Positions 38,744 through 48,233 of a stretch of DNA of 64,000 nucleotides are shown piece after piece. Location of the stretch: contig JACXUV010000005.1 of the NCBI GenBank assembly GCA_014763715.1, positions 21,417 to 85,416 on the forward strand, in the 5' to 3' direction. The DNA is from Rhodobacterales bacterium (GTDB lineage Bacteria; Pseudomonadota; Alphaproteobacteria; Caulobacterales; Hyphomonadaceae). Position 1 is the stretch's first letter. Each line of letters begins with the position of its first letter. The position numbers were made by a program, and so were the translations under genes. The notes below the pieces were generated by a model, which did no database searches, was not told where the DNA came from, and saw nothing but the letters and a program-made list of their open reading frames with translations.

Positions 38744-40240
38744 CTAACTCGCCCGGTTGATGCGGCGGCGTTGGACGCTGGAGGGGATGTTCAGGCTTTC
38801 GCGGTATTTGGCGACTGTGCGGCGGGCGATTTCGACGCCGTAGCCGGTGAGGATCTCGACGATCTGATCGTCGGAGAGCACGTCTTCCGGGTCCTCCTTC
38901 TCGATCAGCTGCTTGATCCGGTAACGGACAGCCTCAGCAGAGTGCGCCTCCCCGCCCCCGGTCGCCGGGATGGCGGCAGAGAAGAAGTATTTCAGCTCGA
39001 ACAGGCCGCGCGGCGTCGACATGTATTTGTTGGTCGTCACGCGGGAAACGGTCGACTCGTGCATCTCGATCGCGTCGGCCACCTGTTTCAGATTCAGCGG
39101 ACGCAGGTGCGCCACGCCATGCGCGAAGAAGGCATCCTGCTGGCGCACGATCTCGCTCGCCACTTTCAGGATCGTCCGTGCACGCTGGTCCAGAGACTTG
39201 ATCAGCCAGCTGGCAGAGGCCGCGCATTCGGAGATGAATTCCTTCTCCTTGTCGCGCATCGGCAGGGCCGAGACCTCGGCATAATAGGCCTTGTCCATCA
39301 GCACCCGCGGCAGCGTGTCGGAGTTCAGCTCGACCGCGAACATGCCGTTCGGAAGTTCGCGGACATAAACGTCCGGCGCCACGGCAATCGTCGTGTCGGA
39401 AGAGAAACCGGCGCCCGGCTTCGGCGACAGCTGGCGCAGCTCCGCCATCATGTCCATCAGGTCTTCCTTGCCGACGCCGCAGCGGTCCGACAGGGCCTTC
39501 AGATCATGCTTGGCGACGAGCGCGAGGTTCTCGATCATCGCTTCCATGGCCGGGTCATAGCGGCCGCGCTCTTTCAGCTGCAGCGCCAGGCATTCCGGAA
39601 TGGAGCGGGCCATCACGCCCGTCGGCTCGAAGCCCTGACAGACCTGCAGCACGGCTTCCACATTCGCTTCATCGGCGCCGAGGGCCGTCGCGACTTCCTC
39701 AATCGTCGTGCGCAGGTAGCCGGACTCATCCGTCTCGTCGATCAGGCGCGCGGCGATCAGGCTGTCGGCGGCCGACAGGCCAGCCAGCTGAAGCTGGGCA
39801 TGCAGGTGCTGGTTCAGCGTCACATCCGAGGAGGCGTTGGAGGCAACGTCATAATCGTCGCTTGCCGCACCTGCCCCGATGCCGGACCAGTCCGCCTTGG
39901 CAGACGGGCCGGAAGCCCCTGCCGGCATTGCATTGTCGGAGCCTGTGCCCGGCTCGTAAACGTCTTCCCCCGGCGCATCGAGCTGTTCGCGCGCCTCACC
40001 CATGCCGGAACGGTCGTCGAGGGACATTTCCTCACGGCGGGACGGTTCGTTGCCCTCACCGGCGCCACCATCGCTATTGTCTTCAGCCTTCTGGAGCAGC
40101 GGGTTGCGCTCGATCTCGGCCTCGACGAACTCGGCGAGTTCCTGGTTGGAGAGTTGCAGCAGCTTGATCGCCTGCTGCAGTTGCGGCGTCATCACCAGGG
40201 ACTGGCCCTGGCGCATGTCGAGTGATTGTTTCATGGCCAT
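38744..40240 (-). CDS. rpoN: RNA polymerase sigma-54 factor
   Basis: QSLVMTPQLQQAIKLLQLS, LRPL.LKQVA..I.MHESTVSRV, RpoN box ARRTVAKYRE. Confidence 0.98.
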   Translation of the reverse strand: MAMKQSLDMRQGQSLVMTPQLQQAIKLLQLSNQELAEFVEAEIERNPLLQKAEDNSDGGAGEGNEPSRREEMSLDDRSGMGEAREQLDAPGEDVYEPGTGSDNAMPAGASGPSAKADWSGIGAGAASDDYDVASNASSDVTLNQHLHAQLQLAGLSAADSLIAARLIDETDESGYLRTTIEEVATALGADEANVEAVLQVCQGFEPTGVMARSIPECLALQLKERGRYDPAMEAMIENLALVAKHDLKALSDRCGVGKEDLMDMMAELRQLSPKPGAGFSSDTTIAVAPDVYVRELPNGMFAVELNSDTLPRVLMDKAYYAEVSALPMRDKEKEFISECAASASWLIKSLDQRARTILKVASEIVRQQDAFFAHGVAHLRPLNLKQVADAIEMHESTVSRVTTNKYMSTPRGLFELKYFFSAAIPATGGGEAHSAEAVRYRIKQLIEKEDPEDVLSDDQIVEILTGYGVEIARRTVAKYRESLNIPSSVQRRRINRAS

Positions 40241-40258
40241 AAGCCGCGCCCCCTGAGA

Positions 40259-40993
40259 TCAAGCGGCGAACTGTTCACCCAGATAGACCCTGCGCACGTC
40301 CTCATTCTTCAGCACGCTGTCAGGCGAGCCATCGAAGAGAACCTGGCCATCATACATCACATAGGCCCGGTCGACGATCTGCAGCGTTTCGCGCACCTGG
40401 TGGTCCGTAATCAGGACGCCCAGGCCACGCTGCTTGAGATAGCGGACAAGGTCGGAAATGTCGGAAATGGCAAGCGGGTCGATACCGGTGAACGGTTCGT
40501 CCAGTAGCATGAAGCTCGGACGTGATGCGAGCGCGCGGGCAATCTCGACACGGCGGCGTTCACCCCCCGACAGGGAAGTGGCGGCCTGGTGGCGCAGATG
40601 TTCCACGTGCAGTTCGCTGAGCAGGCTATCGACCTGTGCCATGCGGGCGGCGCGGTCCTTTTCGACCAGTTCCGCCACGGCCAATACGTTCTCTTCCACC
40701 GTCATGCCCCGGAAAATGGAGGCTTCCTGCGGAAGATAGCCCACGCCGAGGCGTGCGCGCTGATACATGGGAAGACGGGTCACATCCTCGCCGTCGATCG
40801 AAATCGTCCCCGAATCGACGCCGATAAGGCCCATGATCATGTAAAAGCAGGTCGTCTTGCCGGCCCCGTTGGGTCCAAGCAGGCCAACAACTTCACCGCG
40901 CTGAAGAGAAAGGGAGACGTCGCGCACGACCTGCCGCTTGCCAAAAGCCTTGGCAATATTCTTAACGACAAGGCCTTCAGCCGACTCGGTCAT
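40259..40993 (-). CDS. lptB: LPS export ABC transporter ATP-binding protein
   Basis: GPNGAGKTT, YLPQEASIFR, LSGGERRRVEIARAL, ITDH, YLGEQF. Confidence 0.96.
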   Translation of the reverse strand: MTESAEGLVVKNIAKAFGKRQVVRDVSLSLQRGEVVGLLGPNGAGKTTCFYMIMGLIGVDSGTISIDGEDVTRLPMYQRARLGVGYLPQEASIFRGMTVEENVLAVAELVEKDRAARMAQVDSLLSELHVEHLRHQAATSLSGGERRRVEIARALASRPSFMLLDEPFTGIDPLAISDISDLVRYLKQRGLGVLITDHQVRETLQIVDRAYVMYDGQVLFDGSPDSVLKNEDVRRVYLGEQFAA

Positions 40994-41056
40994 CTTTCTC
41001 CGGAATCCCCTTCAGTGCGGGCTTTGCTGCCCGGTAAGACTGTTACCTTCACATGC

Positions 41057-41072
41057 TTAAGATCGGTTTCAC
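41057..41072. promoter_or_regulatory. CtrA-like site upstream of lptB-rpoN
   Basis: TTAA-gatcggt-TTCAC, one mismatch to TTAA-N7-TTAAC. Confidence 0.4.
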
Positions 41073-41086
41073 GATCCCGGTGAAAT

Positions 41087-41620
41087 TCAATCGTTCGACC
41101 CATTTTGGGAATCCGGGTCGATCATCATGCGCGTGCGGCCTTCGCCGCCATCCAATGTGGTGCGCCGGTTCGTGATCTCAAGCTTGAGCACTTCACCTTC
41201 TGCCACATCGCGCCCGCGCATCAGGGCGACATTGCCTGTCATGGTGATTGTATCGGTGGTCGCGACATAGACGCCTTGGTCGCCTTTCGCTTTCAGCTCG
41301 GGCGTAACGTAAAAGACCTGGCCTTCGGCGGTCATCGACTCGATCTGGCCGAAACTGCCGCCAACCGTGTTCGACGCACCGCTTTCCTTGCCGGCGAAGA
41401 CCATCGTCACCTTGTCTGCGCGCAGGCGGGCATCGCCCTGCTGGATATCGACATTGCCGATCAGCAACACCTTGCGTTCCAGCTCCAGGCTCTCGGTCCG
41501 GTCCGAATTGATATAGATCGGCCCGCCTTCGGACGAGACCTGTGCATAGGCCGGTGCGGTGATTGCCGCGAAGGCCACCAGAACGGCCCCGAAATTCCTG
41601 ATGCGAGCCATATGTACCAC
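41087..41620 (-). CDS. lptA: LPS transport periplasmic protein LptA/OstA
   Basis: Signal peptide, PI.I.SD, GNV.I.QG...L.AD beta-jellyroll pattern; between lptC and lptB. Confidence 0.88.
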   Translation of the reverse strand: MVHMARIRNFGAVLVAFAAITAPAYAQVSSEGGPIYINSDRTESLELERKVLLIGNVDIQQGDARLRADKVTMVFAGKESGASNTVGGSFGQIESMTAEGQVFYVTPELKAKGDQGVYVATTDTITMTGNVALMRGRDVAEGEVLKLEITNRRTTLDGGEGRTRMMIDPDSQNGSND

Positions 41621-41622
41621 CT

Positions 41623-42288
41623 TTACCCGTCGTTTTCCGTTTGTGCGGGCGCCTCGTCTGCGGGCGCCGGATAGATCACTGTGCGCACATTGCCCAAGCA
41701 GACAATGCGGTTGCCGTCGTCCAGTACTTCATACGAGTCGCAGCGGATGTCGCCAAGGGGCCCCTTCCCCTGCAGCGGCGCAAGGCCTTCGACCCGGCCC
41801 TCCCCCACATACACCCGCGCGCCTGTCGTCATGAACGTATAGCCGGACGCATCGGTGATGCTGACATCGTCATAAAGCTCCAGAATGCCTGCCTCACGGT
41901 CATACATGCCGGATGGGGCCTGCACTTCGCTGCCGATCTCGTCGCTGAGCACCGGGCCGATCAGGTCAACTTTCTGGTCGGACCCCCGACGGCGGCGCGC
42001 GGCATCTGCCGTGATCTGGAAGCTCTGGCCGGAGGAATCGCGGCCGGCAAAGCGCGGATTCAGCATGGTGACGGACTCGTCCTCCGACACGCTGACGGGC
42101 TTGGCGTCACTGGTCAGGGCGCTCTTGATGACATGGCCGGCGAAAAATCCGATCGAGATTGCCGCGCAGGCCACGAACAGCATGCGCAGCATCCGCACCC
42201 GCTCCGACCGCTGGCGGGCCTGCGCCAGCGTCAGCTGGCGGCGCGGGGCCCAGAGCGAGGCCGGGTCATGATGGGTGGCAGCATCCAT
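41623..42288 (-). CDS. lptC: LPS export protein LptC
   Basis: Single N-terminal TM, M.NPRF.G.D..G..F.I.A..A pattern; upstream of lptA. Confidence 0.85.
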   Translation of the reverse strand: MDAATHHDPASLWAPRRQLTLAQARQRSERVRMLRMLFVACAAISIGFFAGHVIKSALTSDAKPVSVSEDESVTMLNPRFAGRDSSGQSFQITADAARRRRGSDQKVDLIGPVLSDEIGSEVQAPSGMYDREAGILELYDDVSITDASGYTFMTTGARVYVGEGRVEGLAPLQGKGPLGDIRCDSYEVLDDGNRIVCLGNVRTVIYPAPADEAPAQTENDG

Positions 42289-42374
42289 GCCGTTGGCGAA
42301 CCTGTAAGCAATTCAACAGCTTTGTTTACCCGCGATAGGTGCGGGACAAAAGCGGCGAAGGCATGACAGTTTGG

Positions 42375-42989
42375 TCAGCTATGGGCAAAAATGTCCGCAT
42401 CTTCCCAGCCGGCAAGGTCCAGCCGCGCCCGCATGGGCAGGAAATCGAAACAGGCCTGCGCGATTTCGAGCCGCCCTTCGCGGATCAGCATGGCTTCGAG
42501 GCCCGCCTTGATCTGGTGCAGGTACAGCACATCTGAGGCCGCATACTGCATCTGCGCATCGCTGAGTTCCGCCGTGCCCCAGTCAGAGCTTTGCTGCGTC
42601 TTCGACAGCTCCACCCCGGCCACTTCGCGGGCGACATCCTTCAGGCCGTGCCGGTCCGTATAGGTGCGGGCAAGCTTGGAGGCGATCTTGGTGCACCAGA
42701 CCGGCGCGCAGGTGATTCCCATCCAGCGCAGCATCATGGCGATGTCGTAGCGGCCGAAATGGAAGATCTTCACGACCTTCGGGTCGGTCATCAGGGCCTT
42801 GAGATTAGGGCAATTATAGTCCCGCCCGAGCTGTACCAGATGAGCTGTGCCGTCCCCGGAGGAGAGCTGCACCAGCGTCAGGTGATCGCGTTGCAGGTTG
42901 AGGCCCATGGCCTCGCAGTCGATGGCGACGACGGGGCCGAAATCGAGCCCGGCCGGCAGGTCGCCCTTGTGAAGTGTGATCCCGTTCAT
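42375..42989 (-). CDS. rnd: Ribonuclease D-like 3'-5' exonuclease (short form)
   Basis: AIDCEAMGL, FHFGRYD, CTKIASKL, SKTQQSSDWG, YAASDV (DEDDy). Confidence 0.9.
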   Translation of the reverse strand: MNGITLHKGDLPAGLDFGPVVAIDCEAMGLNLQRDHLTLVQLSSGDGTAHLVQLGRDYNCPNLKALMTDPKVVKIFHFGRYDIAMMLRWMGITCAPVWCTKIASKLARTYTDRHGLKDVAREVAGVELSKTQQSSDWGTAELSDAQMQYAASDVLYLHQIKAGLEAMLIREGRLEIAQACFDFLPMRARLDLAGWEDADIFAHS

Positions 42990-43225
42990 GAACGGGCTCT
43001 AGCACGAAAGCGGTTAAGGGCAAGTATGAGCACTGCCGCGCGGGCAGGCCTTGGCGCCTCAATGCCTTTTGCGGACGCGATTGGCCTCACAGTACGCAAA
43101 GAGGGCATACCGCTCAGACAAAGCAGAGCCAGATGCACCACTTACGGCGGCGAGCGACCCGAGTGCCGTTCGCAGCCATCCCGGCCCTTCGATGCGGGAT
43201 CAGCTGCGAACACACCAGATGCCGG

Positions 43226-44125
43226 TCAGGCCTCCTCGTACACTTCCTTGACGGCGTAGACACCAGACAGCTGCCGGATCAGGTCCGACTGGATCGGTGC
43301 TGTCGCCTCGTTGATCGCGGTAACACCCATCTCATCTCCGACCTGTGTACGCAGGGGACGCTCGCCCGGCATTTCGACAAGCTCCACAATCCTGTCCGCG
43401 ACGTTCTGGGCATCGTTTCCGGCAAGACCTTCAGCGAAAAGATCGTGGAACATACCCAACATCCTGTCCCCTCCCGCAGCATGCTGACCATAGGAAACCA
43501 GCGTGGCTGATTTGTCCGGGGACGGCGCGGTGCTGACAAGGTCCGTCGCATGACCGCTCGGCTCAACCAGAACCGACTGGATATTGAACGGGGCAAGCTC
43601 ATAGTTCAGGCTTTCCGAATAAGCCTCCATCGCCCACTTCGAGGCGCAGTAAACCCCGAAATACGGAAGCGCCAGACGCCCGGCGGAGGAACTGATATTG
43701 ATCAGCAAACCTTCATGGCGACGGCGCATACCGGGCAAGGCCGCCTGGCACATCGCGGCGAGACCGAACATGTTGACGTCGAAACACGCCCGGACCTGAT
43801 CAATAGAGAATGCTTCCGTCACGCCGACCGGCATGATGCCGGCATTGTTCACAAGGACATCAAGGGGGCGCTCCAGTTCGATTTCGGCGGCAACACGCGC
43901 GCAATCATGGGAAGAGGTCACATCGAGTTCCACAATGCGGAGTGAGTGGCCAGCGTCCGCGGCGGATTTCTGCAAGGCGCGCGCCGCATCGCAATTCCGG
44001 CCGCTGATGTCGCGCATGCCGGCGAACACATGATGGCCGCGTGCAGCAAGCGTCTGGGCGGTCAGCAGGCCGATACCCCGGCTGGCGCCGGTGACCAGGA
44101 CCGTTTTGGGGGTGAATTGAGTCAT
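43226..44125 (-). CDS. Short-chain dehydrogenase/reductase
   Basis: TGASRGIG, NNAG, SS, YCASK; start MTQFTPK. Confidence 0.92.
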   Translation of the reverse strand: MTQFTPKTVLVTGASRGIGLLTAQTLAARGHHVFAGMRDISGRNCDAARALQKSAADAGHSLRIVELDVTSSHDCARVAAEIELERPLDVLVNNAGIMPVGVTEAFSIDQVRACFDVNMFGLAAMCQAALPGMRRRHEGLLINISSSAGRLALPYFGVYCASKWAMEAYSESLNYELAPFNIQSVLVEPSGHATDLVSTAPSPDKSATLVSYGQHAAGGDRMLGMFHDLFAEGLAGNDAQNVADRIVELVEMPGERPLRTQVGDEMGVTAINEATAPIQSDLIRQLSGVYAVKEVYEEA

Positions 44126-44129
44126 GATT

Positions 44130-44729
44130 CTACACTCCGGTTTTGAAGACTGATTTGAGAAAAAGATTGAGCGGGCCATCATTTCCAGCCGCCTTCATGC
44201 GCGTCAGGGCACCGCTCCAGGCGTTCAGCAGCCAGTCGGCGGCTTCATCCGCACTCAGATGCGAAAGACCGATGACCGACAGGTCTGCCTTCCAAAGGCA
44301 GGCGGCGATCTCGGCAGAGAGCTCGGTCCAGTTGTCGTTAAGTTCCGACTGGAATGCCGGAAATTCGTCGGCAAGCTCGGTCGTCAGGTTGCACATCAGG
44401 CAGCCCTCAGCGAACCCCCTGTGCGCCATGTCGGATTTCGCCCCTTCGAAGAAGTTTTTCAGGCGGGCAAGGGGCGGCACGCCCTGGTCACTCAGGATCC
44501 GCCGCGCGGACTCGACCTGCGCTCGCGAATAGCGGTGCGCCACGGCGATACCGAATTCCTCCTTGCTGTCGAAGTAGTGGTAGAAGGAGCCCTTGGCGAC
44601 GCCCGCTTGTTTGAGCACATCATTGATGCCGGTTTCGGAAAAACTCTTCTGGCGAAACAATTGCTGGCCGGTATCGAGCAGTTTCTCCCGCACCGCGTCG
44701 TAGTTTTCCTGGTTCCTGGTCCGCGCCAT
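44130..44729 (-). CDS. TetR-family regulator (NemR/LmrA-like)
   Basis: GINDVLKQAGVAKGSFYHYFDSKEEFG HTH; GCLMCNL. Confidence 0.92.
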   Translation of the reverse strand: MARTRNQENYDAVREKLLDTGQQLFRQKSFSETGINDVLKQAGVAKGSFYHYFDSKEEFGIAVAHRYSRAQVESARRILSDQGVPPLARLKNFFEGAKSDMAHRGFAEGCLMCNLTTELADEFPAFQSELNDNWTELSAEIAACLWKADLSVIGLSHLSADEAADWLLNAWSGALTRMKAAGNDGPLNLFLKSVFKTGV

Positions 44730-44760
44730 CTGGCATCTCCTCTGGCCTGCATGAATATTA

Positions 44761-44773
44761 TTAGACCGGTCTG
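44761..44773. promoter_or_regulatory. Candidate TetR operator
   Basis: Palindrome AGACCGGTCT (44763-44772) in the AT-rich region about 35 nt upstream of the tetR start. Confidence 0.5.
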
Positions 44774-44949
44774 TTTTTTATAGCAATCGACCTGACCCTT
44801 ACCCCCGATCAACTGATTGTGAGCGCCCGGAAATCCGGCAGAACAGAACACCGCCAGGATCACATCGGGAAGGCTGCTGGTGCGGCAATGCAAAGACCGA
44901 CTATGCTTAGGTTTCATCAGGGTGCATCGAAGAAGGACGGACGGACAGG

Positions 44950-45990
44950 ATGAATCGCAGACAGATGCTGGGCGCAGCAGGCGCGGTGCTGGCGCTGGGG
45001 CCGCAGGCGGTGGCACAGGCGAAGGCCGCATCCGGCACAATGCCGCTCCTCCTGCCGCCACGGCTGAAGGCGGGCGACACGGTGGGCCTGATCGAGCCAG
45101 CCTCCGCGACATGGGAACCGTTCGCCATCACGCTGATCGAGGAGGCGCTCGCCAATCTGGGCCTGAAGTCGAAACGGGCGCACAATATTCTGGACCGCGA
45201 CGGCTATTTCGCGGGCGACGACAAGGCCCGCGCGGGCGGCGTGAACCAGATGTTCGCCGATCCCGAGGTTGCCGCAATCATGAGTGTGCGCGGCGGCTGG
45301 GGCACGGCACGCATCCTGCCTTATCTCGATTTCGACCTGATCAGGCAGAACTCCAAGGTTCTGATCGGTTATAGCGACATCACAGCGCTGCATATGGCCA
45401 TTCATGCGAAGACGGGCATGGTGACCTTCCACGGCCCGGTCGGGATTTCGGCCTGGGGCAAGCGCTCGCTGGAGACGTTCAAGCCGCTGCTGTTCGATGG
45501 TGCCACACCCGATTATGTGAACCCGGTAGCAGAGGAAGACCGGCTGGCGCAGCGCAACTGGCGTACACAGACGATCACACCGGGCAAGGCGCGCGGGCGG
45601 CTGCTGGGCGGCAATCTCACCGTGATGACCGCACTTGTCGGCACGCCCTACCTGCCCTCTTTCGATGGCGCGATCCTGTTCTTCGAGGATATCGATGAAG
45701 CAGTCTACCGGGTCGACCGGATGCTGACACAGCTTGGCCAGGCGGGCATCCTTGGCCGCGTCGCCGGGGTGATCGTCGGCAACTGTACCGATTGCGGCCA
45801 GGGCAACAGCATTGGCGGCTTCACGCTGAGCGAGATCCTGACGCACCATCTGCAGCCGCTGGGCGTGCCGGCCTATTCCGGCGCGTTCATCGGCCACCTG
45901 ACAGACCAGTTCACCGTGCCGGAAGGCGGGCTGGTGGAGATGGACGCCGAGGCCGGAACGTTCCGCCTGCTGGAACCGGCGGTGCGCTGA
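44950..45990 (+). CDS. S66 LD-carboxypeptidase (LdcA/MccF family) with Tat signal
   Basis: MNRRQMLG twin-arginine, RGGWG, GYSDIT (Ser), GGNL, FEDIDE (Glu), GH (His). Confidence 0.92.
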   Translation: MNRRQMLGAAGAVLALGPQAVAQAKAASGTMPLLLPPRLKAGDTVGLIEPASATWEPFAITLIEEALANLGLKSKRAHNILDRDGYFAGDDKARAGGVNQMFADPEVAAIMSVRGGWGTARILPYLDFDLIRQNSKVLIGYSDITALHMAIHAKTGMVTFHGPVGISAWGKRSLETFKPLLFDGATPDYVNPVAEEDRLAQRNWRTQTITPGKARGRLLGGNLTVMTALVGTPYLPSFDGAILFFEDIDEAVYRVDRMLTQLGQAGILGRVAGVIVGNCTDCGQGNSIGGFTLSEILTHHLQPLGVPAYSGAFIGHLTDQFTVPEGGLVEMDAEAGTFRLLEPAVR

Positions 45991-45995
45991 GGCGC

Positions 45996-46466
45996 CTAGC
46001 CGGCCTGCTTTTTCAGGGCGACCATGGCGACTTCCATCGCATTCAGGAAGTTCGAGCGGTCCTGCTTCGAGAAAGGCGCGGCGCCTTTCGGGGCGCCTTC
46101 GCCGAGGCCCGCACGCAGGTCCGCATGGATCGCGCGCACGGCAACCGCGTTCCCGATGGACGCGTCCGTGAACGGCTTGCCCGTCGGGGCGAGCACGCGG
46201 GCGCCCTTTTCCAGCGCCCGCTGGGCCAGCAGAATGTCTGCCGTGATGACGAGGCTGCCCGGGCCTGCCTGTTCCGCAATCCAGTCATCGGCGGCATCGA
46301 ACCCGTCGGTCACGATCTGACGGGAGATGAGGCGGTGTTCGGGAATGCGGATATAGGAATTCGCGACGATCACGACCGGCACCGCATGGCGCAGGGCCAC
46401 GCGGTACACCTCCTCCTTCACAGGGCAGGCATCGGCATCAACGAGTATCTCGGGTACAAGCATCAC
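45996..46466 (-). CDS. YaiI/YqxD (UPF0178) family protein
   Basis: VDADACPVK, DAADDWI, ITADI.LA, F..QDRS.F. Confidence 0.92.
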   Translation of the reverse strand: MMLVPEILVDADACPVKEEVYRVALRHAVPVVIVANSYIRIPEHRLISRQIVTDGFDAADDWIAEQAGPGSLVITADILLAQRALEKGARVLAPTGKPFTDASIGNAVAVRAIHADLRAGLGEGAPKGAAPFSKQDRSNFLNAMEVAMVALKKQAG

Positions 46467-46480
46467 CTTTCCCTAAACGC

Positions 46481-46876
46481 TCACAGCAATTCCGAAAAGC
46501 GGAGAAGATAACCGTCCGGGTCCTGCACCACGCACTGGCGCACGCGGATGGGTTCGTCGTCGCGCAGATAGGTTTTCTCTTCGAGGTCCTGGATCAGGGG
46601 CGCACCGGCCGCGAGGGCCTTATCGCGCAGGGCGGCAGCATCGGCGACTTCGATCTGAAAGTTGACACCCCGGCCAAAGGGCGCCTCCAGCGGCCCGGCC
46701 AGCCATGTGCGGCCGACAGGCTCTTCCAGCATCAGCTCTGCCCCTTCCCGCTCGATATAGGCGAAGCGTTCCTCTGAGCGCTGATAGACGATGCGGAAGC
46801 CCAGCGCGCCGCAATAGAAGGCGAGGCTGCGCGCAAGATCGCTGACATAGAGCTCGGGGACGAGGGCTGCGGTCAT
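46481..46876 (-). CDS. VOC/glyoxalase-bleomycin resistance family protein
   Basis: LVPEL.VSD...SL.FY...LGF, GRGVNFQI, VQDPDGYLLRF. Confidence 0.9.
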   Translation of the reverse strand: MTAALVPELYVSDLARSLAFYCGALGFRIVYQRSEERFAYIEREGAELMLEEPVGRTWLAGPLEAPFGRGVNFQIEVADAAALRDKALAAGAPLIQDLEEKTYLRDDEPIRVRQCVVQDPDGYLLRFSELL

Positions 46877-47103
46877 GTTCCATCTGCCTCTTCGGCTGGG
46901 TCAGACTTCGGTCTCGCCATCATGCTTTGCTGCCCCTTCTGCCAGTGTCGATATGCCTGAACGCTTAGGTGGATCGGCGTCAAGACTGCTACAACCGCAA
47001 GGCAGGTCCACCAGACGTCATCACGTCCTGCGGAAATGGCCCAAACAGCGACCCCCACGGCCAGAAACGCCAGAAGTCGCATCCAGTTGTACCAGTCTCG
47101 CAT
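46873..47103 (-). CDS. Hypothetical small membrane protein
   Basis: Two hydrophobic segments; lies between metA and VOC with an 11-nt gap and ATGA overlap. Confidence 0.6.
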   Translation of the reverse strand: MRDWYNWMRLLAFLAVGVAVWAISAGRDDVWWTCLAVVAVLTPIHLSVQAYRHWQKGQQSMMARPKSDPAEEADGT

Positions 47104-47114
47104 CGTCGACCTCT

Positions 47115-48035
47115 CTAGATCTGCCCGATCTCAGCGAGGTCATAGGGCGTGGACTGATAGACCTGGTTCACCCAGTTGCCGAACAGGAGGTGGGCATGGC
47201 TGCGCCAGCGGTTCAGCGGCTTGCGGCTGGGGTCATCGTCCGGGAAATAGTTGAACGGGATGGCGATGTTGCTGCCGGCGGCAACATCGCGCTCATACTC
47301 TTCCTTCAGGGAGAACGAGTCATATTCGACGTGGTTGAACATGAAGAGGCTGCGGCTCGGCGCGTGTTCCAGAAGGCTCGGCCCCGTGGCCGGGCAGTCG
47401 ACCAGCAGGTCCAGCTCCGGCCGGGCGAGCACATCGGCGGCATGCACTTCCGTCCAGCGCGAAACCGGGATCAGGAAATCATCCGAGAAGCCGTTGAGGT
47501 AAGGCGAGGCCGGGGCGAGATTGCGCTGGCGGTAAACGCCAAAAGCCTTCTTCGCCAGCTGGTATTTCGGCAGGCGGTGGAAGTGCCAGGCCGCGGCCAT
47601 GGCGCCCCAGCAGACGAAAAGGTTCGAATGCACGTTCGTCCGTGTCCAGTCGAAGATCTGCTTAAGCTCGTCCCAATAGGTGACATCCTCGAAGTCCAGC
47701 TGCTCGACCGGGGCGCCGGTGACGATGAAGCCGTCAAACTTGCGATCCGCCACCTCCTCCCAGGTCTGGTAGAAACTGATCAGGTGCTCAGCGGAGGTGT
47801 TCTTCGGCGTGTGCCCGCCGATGCGGATCAGCGACAGCTCCACCTGCAGGGGCGATGCGCCGAGAAGACGGGCAATCTGCGTCTCGGTGCGGATCTTGTT
47901 CGGCATCAGATTGAGCAGGCCAATCTGCAGCGGGCGGATGTCCTGCCGGGCGGCTTCGGACTCCCGCATCACCGCCACGCCCTCTTTCAGAAGGGTGTCA
48001 CGGGCAGGCAGGGCGTCTGGAATCTTGATCGGCAC
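47115..48035 (-). CDS. metA: Homoserine O-acyltransferase (MetA family, probably acetyl-CoA type)
   Basis: MPIKIP, LLNLMP.K..TE.Q, TGAPVE (Glu at the specificity position, as in acetyltransferases), CWGAMA, HVEYD. Confidence 0.95.
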   Translation of the reverse strand: MPIKIPDALPARDTLLKEGVAVMRESEAARQDIRPLQIGLLNLMPNKIRTETQIARLLGASPLQVELSLIRIGGHTPKNTSAEHLISFYQTWEEVADRKFDGFIVTGAPVEQLDFEDVTYWDELKQIFDWTRTNVHSNLFVCWGAMAAAWHFHRLPKYQLAKKAFGVYRQRNLAPASPYLNGFSDDFLIPVSRWTEVHAADVLARPELDLLVDCPATGPSLLEHAPSRSLFMFNHVEYDSFSLKEEYERDVAAGSNIAIPFNYFPDDDPSRKPLNRWRSHAHLLFGNWVNQVYQSTPYDLAEIGQI

Positions 48036-48122
48036 GGGGCTTACTCTCGCTCAAATCGGCCAGCTTGAGGCTTGAAAACAAGGGGAAAAAGGGTTCGCGG
48101 AATGGAGTTTCCTTCCTGCGCA

Positions 48123-48182
48123 CGGCCCTTTTAGCGACTTGTTTTACGTGGCTGCAAGCCGGCCGGCCAAATCACCACGAGA
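48123..48182 (-). ncRNA. SAM-II (SAM-alpha) riboswitch
   Basis: Minus strand CGUGGUGAUUUGGCCGGCCGGCUUGCAGCCACGUAAAACAAGUCGCUAAAAGGGCCG matches the SAM-alpha consensus; upstream of metA. Confidence 0.93.
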
Positions 48183-48233
48183 AGCGCATGTAGTCCCGGC
48201 AGGCGGCGGCGTCAATTTCTCTCTGCCGCGCCT

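Noticed and set aside
44950-45990. S66 peptidase as a microcin immunity (MccF) gene marking a bacteriocin locus
   Set aside because: It has a Tat export signal and no neighbouring bacteriocin synthesis or export genes, which fits a periplasmic LD-carboxypeptidase.
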